From Nitrospirales bacterium (GTDB lineage: Bacteria > Nitrospirota > Nitrospiria > Nitrospirales > UBA8639), in NCBI GenBank assembly GCA_965203295.1, contig CBDBCZ010000012.1:480001-544000 (forward strand): a DNA stretch of 64,000 nt, given 5' to 3'. Below, in pieces: positions 48,381 to 59,531 of this stretch (positions within the stretch are counted from its first letter, which is position 1; each line of letters starts with the position of its first letter). Below the pieces are notes generated by a model. It was not told the origin of the DNA. It ran no database searches and saw nothing but the letters and a program-made list of their open reading frames with translations. A program made the translations under genes and the position numbers.

Positions 48381-49024
48381 TATTGCACGAGTGAAAGTGA
48401 AATATGGCTGGATATTGCACAAGTTGACAGATGTATTTTCATGAGCCAAAGGCGAGTGGAAGTGCTGCCTACGAGTGCAATATCTGGCCATTTTTCACTT
48501 TCACGAGTGCAATAGTATTTATTACCCACTTTTACCATAACTATGGCCAACATTGTCATAAATTTATCTTACCGACATTCCTACATGTACTCATCAGAGA
48601 TGAATTTTATCTAATAACTCACCAACGTTATGCATGAACTGAATGAACTGCACGTGAACTTTCGATGAGGTACCGCTTCAGCGATGCACGAGAAGCCAAG
48701 CGTTTTTGTGTTACTGTATAGAAGATAGGGGCAGAGTTTACCGTACTCGCGATTGCGCAGAAGTGGTAAATTCGTGATGCTCATTATCGCTTGAACGGAA
48801 GGAGCTGTAGCCTTCTAGCCTGGACTGCCAGTAGTTGAAGGTTAGTACTTACATCGTACCAAGAATCATTGGCATTCCCATCATTGGCTATGCAGAATTG
48901 AAAGGTAACTATCGACTTCCGCATCCACCTACGCAACGTGGAATAGCAACTGTCGAATATCATGGGATATTCCATGCCTGCTCAATGATGGAATACTTCA
49001 AGAGAGAATATCAAGTGGGTAATA
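48381..49024. mobile_element. Non-autonomous Crypton-like element (copy at 56660-57305)
   Basis: A tattgcacgagtgaaagtgaaa / A' tttcactttcacgagtgcaata (ends 48514); spacer gtatt; B' tattacccactt 48520-48531 / B aagtgggtaata 49013-49024. Confidence 0.65.
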
Positions 49025-49088
49025 AAACCCCCTAGCCCCATGCAGAGTTTCCTTACAAGGACTTGCAAGGTTCTTGCAAGGAATTTAC

Positions 49089-49243
49089 TAATTAGAGGAA
49101 GTGTCCTATGAATACATTAGTAGTTGCTAAACCCACAAGTGTTTTGCCTGTGGCTGGGTTTATAAGAAGCAACAGCTACAACATCTATTATTGCATGCGT
49201 TATGTGTAAGTATATACAATTTTTGGAGAGCCCAAGGGCTCAA
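49089..49243. repeat. ~155-185-bp dispersed hairpin repeat family (copies at 45214, 49089, 50337, 51293, 57360, 58158, 59111; partial ~50928, ~58747)
   Basis: Conserved taattagaggaagtgtcct...aaacccacaagtgttttgc.tgtggctgggttt...gagca.ca, a variable 30-45-nt middle, then atttttggaga-gagcccaagggctc (gagcctaaggctc in the 51293/59111 copies). Confidence 0.85.
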
Positions 49244-49260
49244 ATGGTGTGAAAATAGCT

Positions 49261-49745
49261 AACTAGATGAATGCAGAGCATTGTGGGGGTGAGCGTGAGC
49301 GAGTACATGTACATATTGCATGAAGATGCTATAGTAGAGCACAATAACACGTGTGGACCAGAAAATGCCTGTCACGTTGCAGCCTAGTTGGTGCTCTGTT
49401 GCAGCCTAGTTGGTGCTCTGTCGTGCTGCAGCTTGTAGCATCCATTGATCTGCTCAACAGTCTGAGTACAGCGTCTAGCCCTGAATCTCTCACTTCGCCT
49501 TTCACAGATATATAATTTTAGCAGGCTGTTTCTGGCAGTGCTCTATGCTGGCAGTGTCGATACGCCCTTGGCTATTGCAATTGCGTCCAGAACAGCGCAC
49601 GTGGTTATTCCGGAATTACGCAACAATCGAAATTATAGCATACATTCGGCATGACGTACGAGACAAACAACAAACAAACAGACAAACGGACAGAAATTGC
49701 TGCATTGAACTTGCTAGTGTGGGGTTCGCTCACACTCGCCCCAAT
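49261..49745 (+). mobile_element. Helentron/HINE-like non-autonomous element present only in unit A
   Basis: Starts aactag; has a (caaa/caga)n microsatellite at ~49663-49695; ends gctagtgt-ggggttcgctcacactcgcccc-aa. Unit B reads gaaaatagctagttatgtattgag at 57513-57536 with no insert. Confidence 0.7.
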
Positions 49746-51766
49746 TATGTATTGAGACAGTATAGTACTGCAGTACTTCCCCCAACAATGAAGCCTATGT
49801 ACGTAATTTTGTCTATTGCAGACTATGCTTGACACAGCTTCTGAACAAATGCCTGATAATGTCTTCACAATTCCTGCCAAATTCAATTCTACCAATATTT
49901 ATTTACAGCCAGTTAGAAACTGTTTCATGGAATATAATTTTTTGGCAAAGTTTCCAGCTATAATATGATGACTAATTATTGCATCCCTGTAACTTCAGGT
50001 AGAGTTAACCAGTAAATGAGGATCAAACTTGACTGATCGATCATTTTGGTAACGACGTAATATCCAGTGTTTGCTTGGCACTATCATGCCTCAGGGGGGT
50101 AGGACAAGGTAATGTGTGCATGTCAGCAGTGGTACACTAGACGCAACACCAATTCTCTTGAAGAGCTTTTTGTGATAGCGGTGCAAAGCTGAAGAACACT
50201 CTTTAGGAGTAGCCTGAATTGATTTTGATGGCATGAACCTGGCATGTTGCACTCACTGTTATTATGTGCTGGAATGTGACCTCCAGACTGCTGTTCTCAA
50301 AGACTGGCTGCTGTGCAGCACTGTGTAAATAGTAACTAATTAGAGGAAGTGTCCTATGAATACGTTAGTAGTTGCTAAACCCACAAGTGTTTTGCCTGTG
50401 GCTGGGTTTAAATGGAGCAGCAGTCACTAGTAGTGGCTACAGTGGGGTATGACCGTCCTTAATATGCGACAATTTTTGGAGAGCCCAAGGGCTCAATTTA
50501 TGTGAAATTAAGGCTGATGGGTATGGGACTAACAAGTGATCGATTAGTGCTATCGTAATCTGCTACACAGGGGGTAGTTATGATAGTATGATAGTGCTAA
50601 GTGGTGATGTACATATTGACAGTCCAGGCTCTCTCCAAAAGAAAGGGGAGAACCTAGTACATTTTATCAAGTGAGTAAGGTAGAGAGAACTCAATTACAT
50701 GTGGGTGAACAAAATCACAATGGCAGGTCCAACAGTCTATCAGCGAAAATAGTCAGAAAAATTGAGTTCAAGGGTCTAAAGCAATACATCCGCCCCAACC
50801 CACCATCAAGTGAAAGGCCACATGTACAGGTAATACTTCAAAGCCCATTAAAGAGAGGACAGCGATCGAATGTACAGCTGACTCGGCATTTACTATTTAG
50901 AGCAGTGTCCATGCACTAGCAGTTATGTAAACCCACAAGTGTTTTGCTTTTGGATGCGTTTAGGAGCAGCAGTTTCTGTGATTGATAACTCCCAATTTAC
51001 CTATTCCTAGCTGTCCAGTTCCTTTCTTCTCTTCAGTTCTCAAGTAGCAAGCTACAGTGTGTTTGTCTTAGACTCAGTGAATGCGTGCTTTTCGTTCCAA
51101 ACTACGATTTGCCATTGACTGTATTTGTGAATGAGCTTTGACCGTTGACCACACCCTTTCGAGCAGCTTTGACTATTGACCATTGAACGACTGCAGTCCC
51201 AATAGAGTCTATGGGAATGACTCTCCCTTGAAGAGGTGGCAGTATGTAGCCAAGTACTATGCCCAGTGCTAAATTTCAATATGTGAATTTTCTAATTAGA
51301 GGAAGTGTCCTGTGAACAGTACGTATGAGTAAGGCTAAACCCACAAGTGTTTTGCTTGTGGCTGGGTTTATAAGGAGCAACACCATACACTATGGCTAAA
51401 GGCATTATGATAATGAGCATTTTTGGAGATCTCGAGCCTAAGGCTCGTACTAATACAGGCATTAAATGTCTGATTACGTAGCTCTCACCTTCCCTAGCTC
51501 TCCATGCTACACATCAGCATCTGGTATTTAGAGCCAGTACTGTGTCGATGACCTAATTATTATGGACTTACAATAACTGTGATTGACATTCAGTTGCTAT
51601 GTATAATGCATTTAGTTGCTGTGCATAATTTTCTGTCTGGTGTCTGTTAATTTTCACATACGTAAACTCTGATAAATAACCTGGGGCGATTATATTTAGA
51701 ATTAGCAGCCTCAATGGGCGGTTACTTTTACATGGGTGGGTATAATCACAGATCGGTTATTTTTGT

Positions 51767-52070
51767 TTATCCCACATTACATCATCTCTAATAAATTTCA
51801 TTGGACGAGAGTAGTAGGATATATAGGCACATATCCTACAGTTCTGTACTTCCTTAGTTACGTACATATTAGTAACATAACCTCAAGCTACTTCACGATA
51901 GTTACGCACATGCACAGTAGTGGGATAAGTCAGATAGACCACGCCCCAGCGGAGGATATGTGCCCAAAATATCCTCTTTGGATACGGTTTTATCCCTCGG
52001 CTGCGCCTCGGGTAAAACCGCATCCGTGGAGGATATATAGGCGCATATCCTCCGCTGTGATGTGGTCTAT
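51767..52070. mobile_element. Non-autonomous Crypton-like element in reverse orientation (copy at 61611-61910)
   Basis: B ttatcccac 51767 / B' gtgggataa ending 51928; spacer gtcag; A' atagaccac 51934-51942 / A gtggtctat 52062-52070; long inner hairpin cagcggaggatatg...catatcctccgctg. Confidence 0.65.
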
Positions 52071-55000
52071 CCTATACAAAACAACCGTTAATAGCATGGT
52101 AGATCTACAGAAATATCGTTGAGATCAGCCTGGTAGATGTGGTGTCCCTTGAGGTAGGAAGCCTTCAGGCATGTAAGCTGAACGAGCTCCTTAGCATTAC
52201 CTTAGCTACCGTAGCTTAGTCTCGTTCCCAGAACCCTCCACTAACCGTAGCTAGGGTTTTCTCGCTACGACTAACGCCAACTTCTTGGTCGTGTTCTACG
52301 TATTAGCTGCATGCTCTGCTTGCTATAGACATTCACACGTGCAAACGCTATTAATTTTACAGATTCAATTTCCTGCCTGGGCTGCACGTGCAAATTATGG
52401 GCGGTTATGTTCATAGAAGGTTTTACACACGAGTAAACTGTTGTTGCAGTAAATAGTTCAGTTATACTAGAGGGGCGGTTTTTTACAGTACTCTCTATAT
52501 ATGCATAGAAACTTTAATTTTCACCCCTACCTCTAGCTTAGCTAGTGATAGTAGCTGGCACGAGTAAGCTTCCATGCTGGCTGTGTGAATTAGACGCACA
52601 AACATATTCCTTGCTTGGACGGCTACCAGTGTGCAATGAGTAAGTGATATACGTGTGTGTATAATTATCTGGTTGCTATGCGTATAGTTCCCATGCAGAC
52701 ATTGTGAAACTGAAGTGATTTGCATGGTTTGCTCCGATTTTGCTCTCCCTCACTCTGACTCATGCACTTGCTGGCTCACTACCATGACTACATACCTCCA
52801 GTGTGGTATTATTATACACGGCAGCTGTGAATGACAATATATGATACAGGGGCGTGGGAAGCAGAAATAGAGTGGTCTGGCCATAGAAGCTTGCCCGTAT
52901 TACTCTGAAAGATAGGAAGCACTCTCAAAATTTTGTTGTATTCACATATTAGTGAACCGTGGCAGCAGAGTAGATTGGAATGTAGATATCTGCCACCTGT
53001 TGAGGAAAGTGGAGTTAGAAGCTACAGAGTTTAAGTATTTATGAATGCAAGAACAGTTCTTAGCTGGTTCTAGCTGGGATACAAGATAGTCCTTACCTTT
53101 AACCTACTGAGAAAAATTAATACGTATAAGGTTATATAACGAGGGAGGCAGCTACCACGTCTTTGTCAACTTTGGACAGCTTTTTAGAGAAGTGAATACA
53201 AAGCCATTGCACACGTGGCATGTACCTGTGCATGCGTATTAAATATGTGAGTGTGTCCCGTTGAAAAAAGTCGTGTGGCTCATCAGATGACAGTGGCAAG
53301 TAAGCAGCTTGTGGAAGAAGCATACATAATTATAGCTTCTTGGAAACTCATCACTCTAGTCATGCAGTTGTCTTCCTGGTGATGCTGTCCTTGTTCTTGC
53401 TTGTGTTGCTGCTTGGGTACAATGAGTGCCACTTTGGGTGGTTCATGCGCTCCTGGTAAACTGAATTGGATTGACTACATGTACTGTATTCAAGCAGTGT
53501 GGGGTATGTTTTTTTTTCTGAAGACCTCTAGTTTGTGTAGTGATGTTCTTCCGTCTTGACCTCGATACTTAATATAGGCTCACTTGCAATGTATAATTGC
53601 ATTGAAAACTGCTGCGTTTATACTAACCCCACCCTTAGCAGAAGTTCAGACTTTGAAACATGCGATGGAGTAATCTACATGGCACTGTCACATATGGCAG
53701 TGTTTGGGTGTATGTGCACTTAGTGATCCTCCATGTCCTGACGTGCCCAAACTCACGAGGGTGCACTGTCTTTCAAAAGATTGAACAGATGTGTGTAGAT
53801 GCCGAGCTAGTCTGCTAATTAGGGCAGTTTGCAATGAAGGGCGAGCAGAACAGAGGCAGAAGAGGAAGTTGATGTGGGGGAATTGGTACTCTTTGAGTGG
53901 GTGGCATAGAGAGACTAGTGTTACTAAGAACCACAAGATGTATGTAAATGTATACAGAATGATGGGTGTTTGGGTAGCAGGTTATCATTAAGGGGGGGGG
54001 GGTCCACTGTATGTTATGCTGGGATGGCTGGGTACTATATCTTTATTCTATTATTACTCAAGATCCAAGAAATTGTGATTCTAGGAATTTATTATGAATC
54101 TAATCTAGGCAAGTCCATCACTAATTATTTTAAGCTGAATCCAATCTAACACAAGAGGTGTACAACTCCAGGAAATATACTTTGTAAATTGCACTATAAA
54201 CTATTAGCTAAAACAACTGTTACTCAGTGAAGTCCACAAATGGCTTTGAGTCTTCACTAAATGGCTCTTCTGGGTCTTGCTGCCTATCAAAATTCTGGTG
54301 AAACCTTGAGCCCAGAGGAGGTTGGACACGGTCATGTGACATACACGCCTACGTGATTCTCTACGGAGATTTCTGTATAAAAAGCGCTAAAAAGTTTTCT
54401 CGTTAGTCTTTATGCGTATCCTCAAGGAATAGGCATCTTTCGTGAGCTCTCCCGAAGTAGATTCAGAATATCTCGCCAACCCCGTTCAACCCCTGGGTCA
54501 TTGCAGAGCTACGGTCGTTTAAATATCTAGCTATCGGCAAGGCGAGACTACATACTGGATTCTATCTAGTAACGGAAAGGTGCTGCCCGTATAGGTCCGT
54601 TCCAGCCATCTTACAGCAATCTACAGGCTATTGCAGCTTTATAGCGAGCTGTGCTTACCTTCTCAGTGAGCTAATTACATGCTGGAATGCAGCGTGGAAT
54701 GTAATAAAGTGCAGCAAAAGGCGTGTGACCGCCACATGTTAATGAATGCGTGTCCAACCTCCTCTGCCTTGAGCCTACCTCTTGAAAAAACTGGCTTCTT
54801 TCAAAGGACTAAACCACTCCTTTACAATGCATGATCTAATCTAGCCCAGGAAATTCTATTCCAGGAATTTTCAATGAATCTAATTTAGCTCTAACAAAAC
54901 TGAAATTAATTTATTTGCTTGAGTAATAATAGAATAAAGACAGTAAGCTGTAGTTGCATATATTATAGGACAGTGTACTATAAATGCCGTAGATCGGGAA

Positions 55001-55486
55001 ATTTTCACTCGTAAAAATGTGTGGCTGTTAGAATTTTTGTTGTTTTCTTTTCATCGCTTCGGCACACCAGAAGTGTAGCTATAGTGTTATTGGTCGTCGT
55101 TGTAGGGTACTCAAGGAACTTTATTAACGGCTGAAAATTTCCCGATCTGCAGTAACACAACATACATCTAAGCTAAGTTTGGGTGTAGCATGCTTATCGT
55201 GTTTAGGAGATGCCTGATAAGAGAATAATTACAGTTGGAATTGGCTGGGCCCTACTGGCAAGTGCTACTAGCGGGTTTAGTGACTATATAAAGCTTGCCT
55301 ACTGCTCCTTTGCCAAGGGGCTCCAATAGGTCAGTGGTAAGAGCATCTGATTAGTATGCAGAAGGTCCTAGGTTCAATCCTCCGTTTTCCTTACTCTCTC
55401 AGAAAGCTTATCTTCTCTTGAAGAGTTTGCAATGTAAATTTCAACGTCCTTTGATGTGCCCGTAAACACAACTTCTCTGTACGCAG

Positions 55487-55681
55487 GCGGTCGCTCCAAG
55501 AAGAGCAAGAAGCGAGCCAAGTACCTTGCCCGGCAGGCCGAGGTGGAGTTCTTCCGGCCCCTCTGCGACCTGGTCGAGGACCGCCTGTCTCTGGAGGTGG
55601 GGCAGCTGGAGCTGAGCAGCCAGGCGGAGGTGCCTCCTCTGGTGGAGCTCTGCGTCAGGAAGATACGCAAGACTGACCTGG
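55487..55681 (+). CDS. Second copy of the 195-nt BC-box exon
   Basis: Same splice sites and frame as 47217-47411; one amino-acid change inside the exon (L>F). Confidence 0.6.
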
Positions 55682-58600
55682 GTGGGTGCCCTGGTGGCTG
55701 TAGGCTGGTGTGTGTCTCTGTGTCATAGTACTAGTGCTGGTTGGAATTTTCACCAGTCGGTTGTGCATGAAATCCGTAAATGACTGGTCCTTTGTATATT
55801 CCATGTACACGATAATATATTATTGTGGTACACGATACTATGCAACTGTACACCTCTATTAGGCCTAGCAGATTTAGAGGTTTGGTGGCCGAACTACATC
55901 AAGGGAGTTTAGGTTTTGTTACCTAGATGATGGAAAAGTGGTAAACACTTATGGGTTTGAACTACTTAGTAACTGGAAGCACACAATAAATAATTGTAAC
56001 AAGGTGAGTAGTGAGGTACTACATCCTAGGTTCGTAGAATACTTCACTGTTTGTAAATCTTTCTTAGTATTGGGATACACTCTTTTCCGTATACCACAAT
56101 AAAGGAATAGAAACAGTGTAGGGTCACTATTATGACAATAGTACATGTATATAGGAGGGAAAGAGTGTAGAGATACACTGGCTCCCCCCTATAGTATATA
56201 GGGGAAACCAGTAACATACATGTATTTGTTATAGGAAAGAAAGAGCATTGTCTCCCCACCTGCCTCAATTTTGTTGATCCCCCAATGCGTTCTTATTGTA
56301 ACTGATGTAAAATTGCAAACTGCAGATCAAAGCTAAATCTGTTATCCCCACAAAGAGCAAGTGAGCTTCTTCCAAGTGCATGCATCATGGACCAGTATAT
56401 TAAATCAGTGCTGTAACTTGTAGCAAGCCAATTATTAGTTACAGATGAGTGCTCAGGGGTGGCTACCATAGCAATTAGGTATGGTCCATTGCACACCTCA
56501 AAGTACTAGTACACATGGTATAGCTGGTAATTGTCTGGCTACTGATACCTTCTTTGAATTATTAATAATAACGTGTACTTGTATAACCCTGATACATGTA
56601 TACTCCCTAGTAACCCCTAGCGGTTCCTGTGAAGTTGTATGGTAGCCTGCTACAAATATTATTGCACCAGTGAAAGTGAAATATGGCTGGATATTGCACA
56701 AGTTGGCAGATGTATTTTCATGAGCCAAAGACAAGTGGAAGTGCTGCCTACGAGTGCAATATCCGGCCATTTTTCACTTTCACGAGTGCAATAGTGTTTA
56801 TTACCCACTTTTACCATAACTATGGCCAACATTGTCATAAATTTATCTTACTGACATTCCTACATGTACTCATCAGAGATGAATTTTATATAATAACTCG
56901 CCAACGTTATGCATGAACTGAATGAACTGCACGTGGACTTTCGATGAGGTACCGCTTCAGCGATGCACGAGAAGCCAAGCGTTTTTGTGTTACTGTATAG
57001 AAGATAGGGGCAGAGTTTACCGTACTCGCGATTGCGCAGAAGTGGTAAATTCGTGATGCTCATTATCTCTTGAACGGAAGGAGCTGTAGCCTTCTAGCCT
57101 GGACTGCCAGTAGTTGAAGGTTAGTACTTACATCGTACCAAGAATCATTGGCATTCCCATCATTGGCTGTGCAGAATTGAAAGGTAACTATCGACTTCCG
57201 CATCCACCTACGCAACGTGGAATAGCAACTGTCGAATATCATGGGATATTCCATATACCTGCTCAATGATGGAACACTTCAAGAGAGAATATCAAGTGGG
57301 TAATAAACCCCCTAGCCCCATGCAGAGTTTCCTTACAAGGGTTCTTGCAAGGAATTTACTAATTAGAGGAAGTGTCCTATGAATACATTAGTAGTTGCTA
57401 AACCCACAAGTGTTTTGCCTGTGGCTGGGTTTATAAGGAGCAACAGTGTAGTGTATGGCTACCGCTGACATGTGTCTGCAATTTTTGGAGAGCCCAAGGG
57501 CTGAAATAGTGTGAAAATAGCTAGTTATGTATTGAGACAGTATAGTACTACAGTACTTCCCCAACAATGTACGTAATTTTGTCTATTGCAGACTATGCTT
57601 GACACAGTATAGTACTACAGTACTTCCCCAACAATGTACGTAATTTTGTCTATTGCAGCTTCTGAACAAATGCCTGATAATGTCTTCACAATTCCTGCCA
57701 AATTCAATTCTACCAATATTTATTTACAGCCAGTTAGAAACTGTGTCATGGAATATAATTTTTTGGCAAAGTTTCCAGCTATAATATGATGACTAATTAT
57801 TGCATCCCTGTAACTTCAGGTAGAGTTAACCAGTAAATGAGGATCAAACTTGACTGATCGATCATTTGGGTAACGACGTAATAGCCAGAGTTTGCTTGGC
57901 ACTATCATGCCTCAGGGGGGTAGGACAAGGTAATGTGTGCATGTCAGCAGTGGTACACTAGACGCAACACCAATTCTCTTGGAGAGCTTTTTGTGATAGC
58001 GGTGCAAAGCTGAAGAACACTCTTTAGGAGTAGCCTGAATTGATTTTGATGGCATGAACCTGGCATGTTGCACTCACTGTTATTATGTGCTGGAATGTGA
58101 CCTCCAGACTGCTGTTCTTAAAGACTAGCTGCTGTGCAGCACTGTGTAAATAGTAACTAATTAGAGGAAGTGTCCTATGAATACGTTAGTAGTTGCTAAA
58201 CCCACAAGTGTTTTGCCTGTGGCTGGGTTTAAAATGGAGCAGCTGTCACTAGTACTGGCTACAGTGGAGTAGTACCTTCCTTAATATGCGACAATTTTTG
58301 GAGAGCCCAAGGGCTCAAGTGATGTGAAGCTAGAGCTGATGGGTATGGGGCTAACAAGTGATTGATTAGTGCTATCGTAATCTGCTACACAGGGGGTAGT
58401 TATGATAGTATGATAGTGCTAAGTGGTGATGTACATAATGACCGTCCAGGCTCTCTCCAAAAGAAAGGGGAGAACCTAGTACATTTTATCAAGTGAGTAA
58501 GGTAGAGAGAACTCAATTACATGTGGGTGAACAAAATCACAATGGCAGGTCCAACAGTCTATCAGCGAAAATAGTCAGAGAAATTGAGTTCAAGGGTCTA

Positions 58601-59531
58601 AAGCAATACATCCGCCCCAACCCACCATCAAGTGAAAGGCCACATGTACAGGTAATACTTCAAAGCTCATTAAAGAGAGGACAGCGAATGTACAGCTGAC
58701 TCGGCGTTTACTATTTAGAGCAGTGTCCGTGCACTAGCAGTTATGTAAACCCACAAGTGTTTTGCTTTTGGATGCGTTTAGGAGCAGCAGTTTCTGTGAT
58801 TGATAACTCCCAATTTACCTATTCCTAGCTGTCCAGTTCCTTTCTTCTCTTCAGTTCTCAAGTAGCAAGCTACAGTGTGTTTGTCTTAGACTCAGTGAAT
58901 GCGTGCTTTTCGTTCCAAACTACGATTTGCCATTGACTGTATTTGTGAATGAGCTTTGACCGTTGACCTCACCCTTTCGAGCAGCTTTGACTATTGACCA
59001 TTGAACGACTGCAGTCCCAATAGAGTCTATGGGAATGACTCTCCCTTGAAGAGGTGGCAGTATGTAGCCAAGTACTATGCCCAGTGCTAAATTTCAATAT
59101 GTGAATTTTCTAATTAGAGGAAGTGTCCTGTGAACAGTACGTATGAGTAAGGCTAAACCCACAAGTGTTTTGCTTGTGGCTGGGTTTATAAGGAGCAACA
59201 CCATACACTATGGCTAAAGGCATTATGATAATGAGCATTTTTGGAGATCTCGAGCCTAAGGCTCGTACTAATACATGTATTAAATGTCTGATTACGTAGC
59301 TCCCACCTTCCCTAGCTCTCCATGCTACACATCAGCATCTGGTATTTAGAGCCAGTACTGTGTCGATGACCTAATTATTATGGACTTGCAATAACTGTAA
59401 TTGACATTCATTTGCTATGCATAATGCATTTAGTTGCTGTGCATAATTTTCTGTCTGGTGTCTGTTAATTTTCACATACGTAAACTCTAATAAATAACCG
59501 GGGCGGTTATATTTAGAATTAGCAGCCTCAA

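Noticed and set aside
47679..53991. Many 60-130 aa ORFs recurring in both tandem units
   Set aside because: They recur only because the DNA is duplicated. They show no coding bias, splice logic or recognisable motifs, and several overlap MITE hairpins.
49089..59266. Integron-like cassette array (hairpin repeats as attC sites next to a tyrosine recombinase)
   Set aside because: Intervals between the repeats carry no credible ORFs, there is no GTTRRRY core pattern, and the recombinase is a later insertion present in only one unit.
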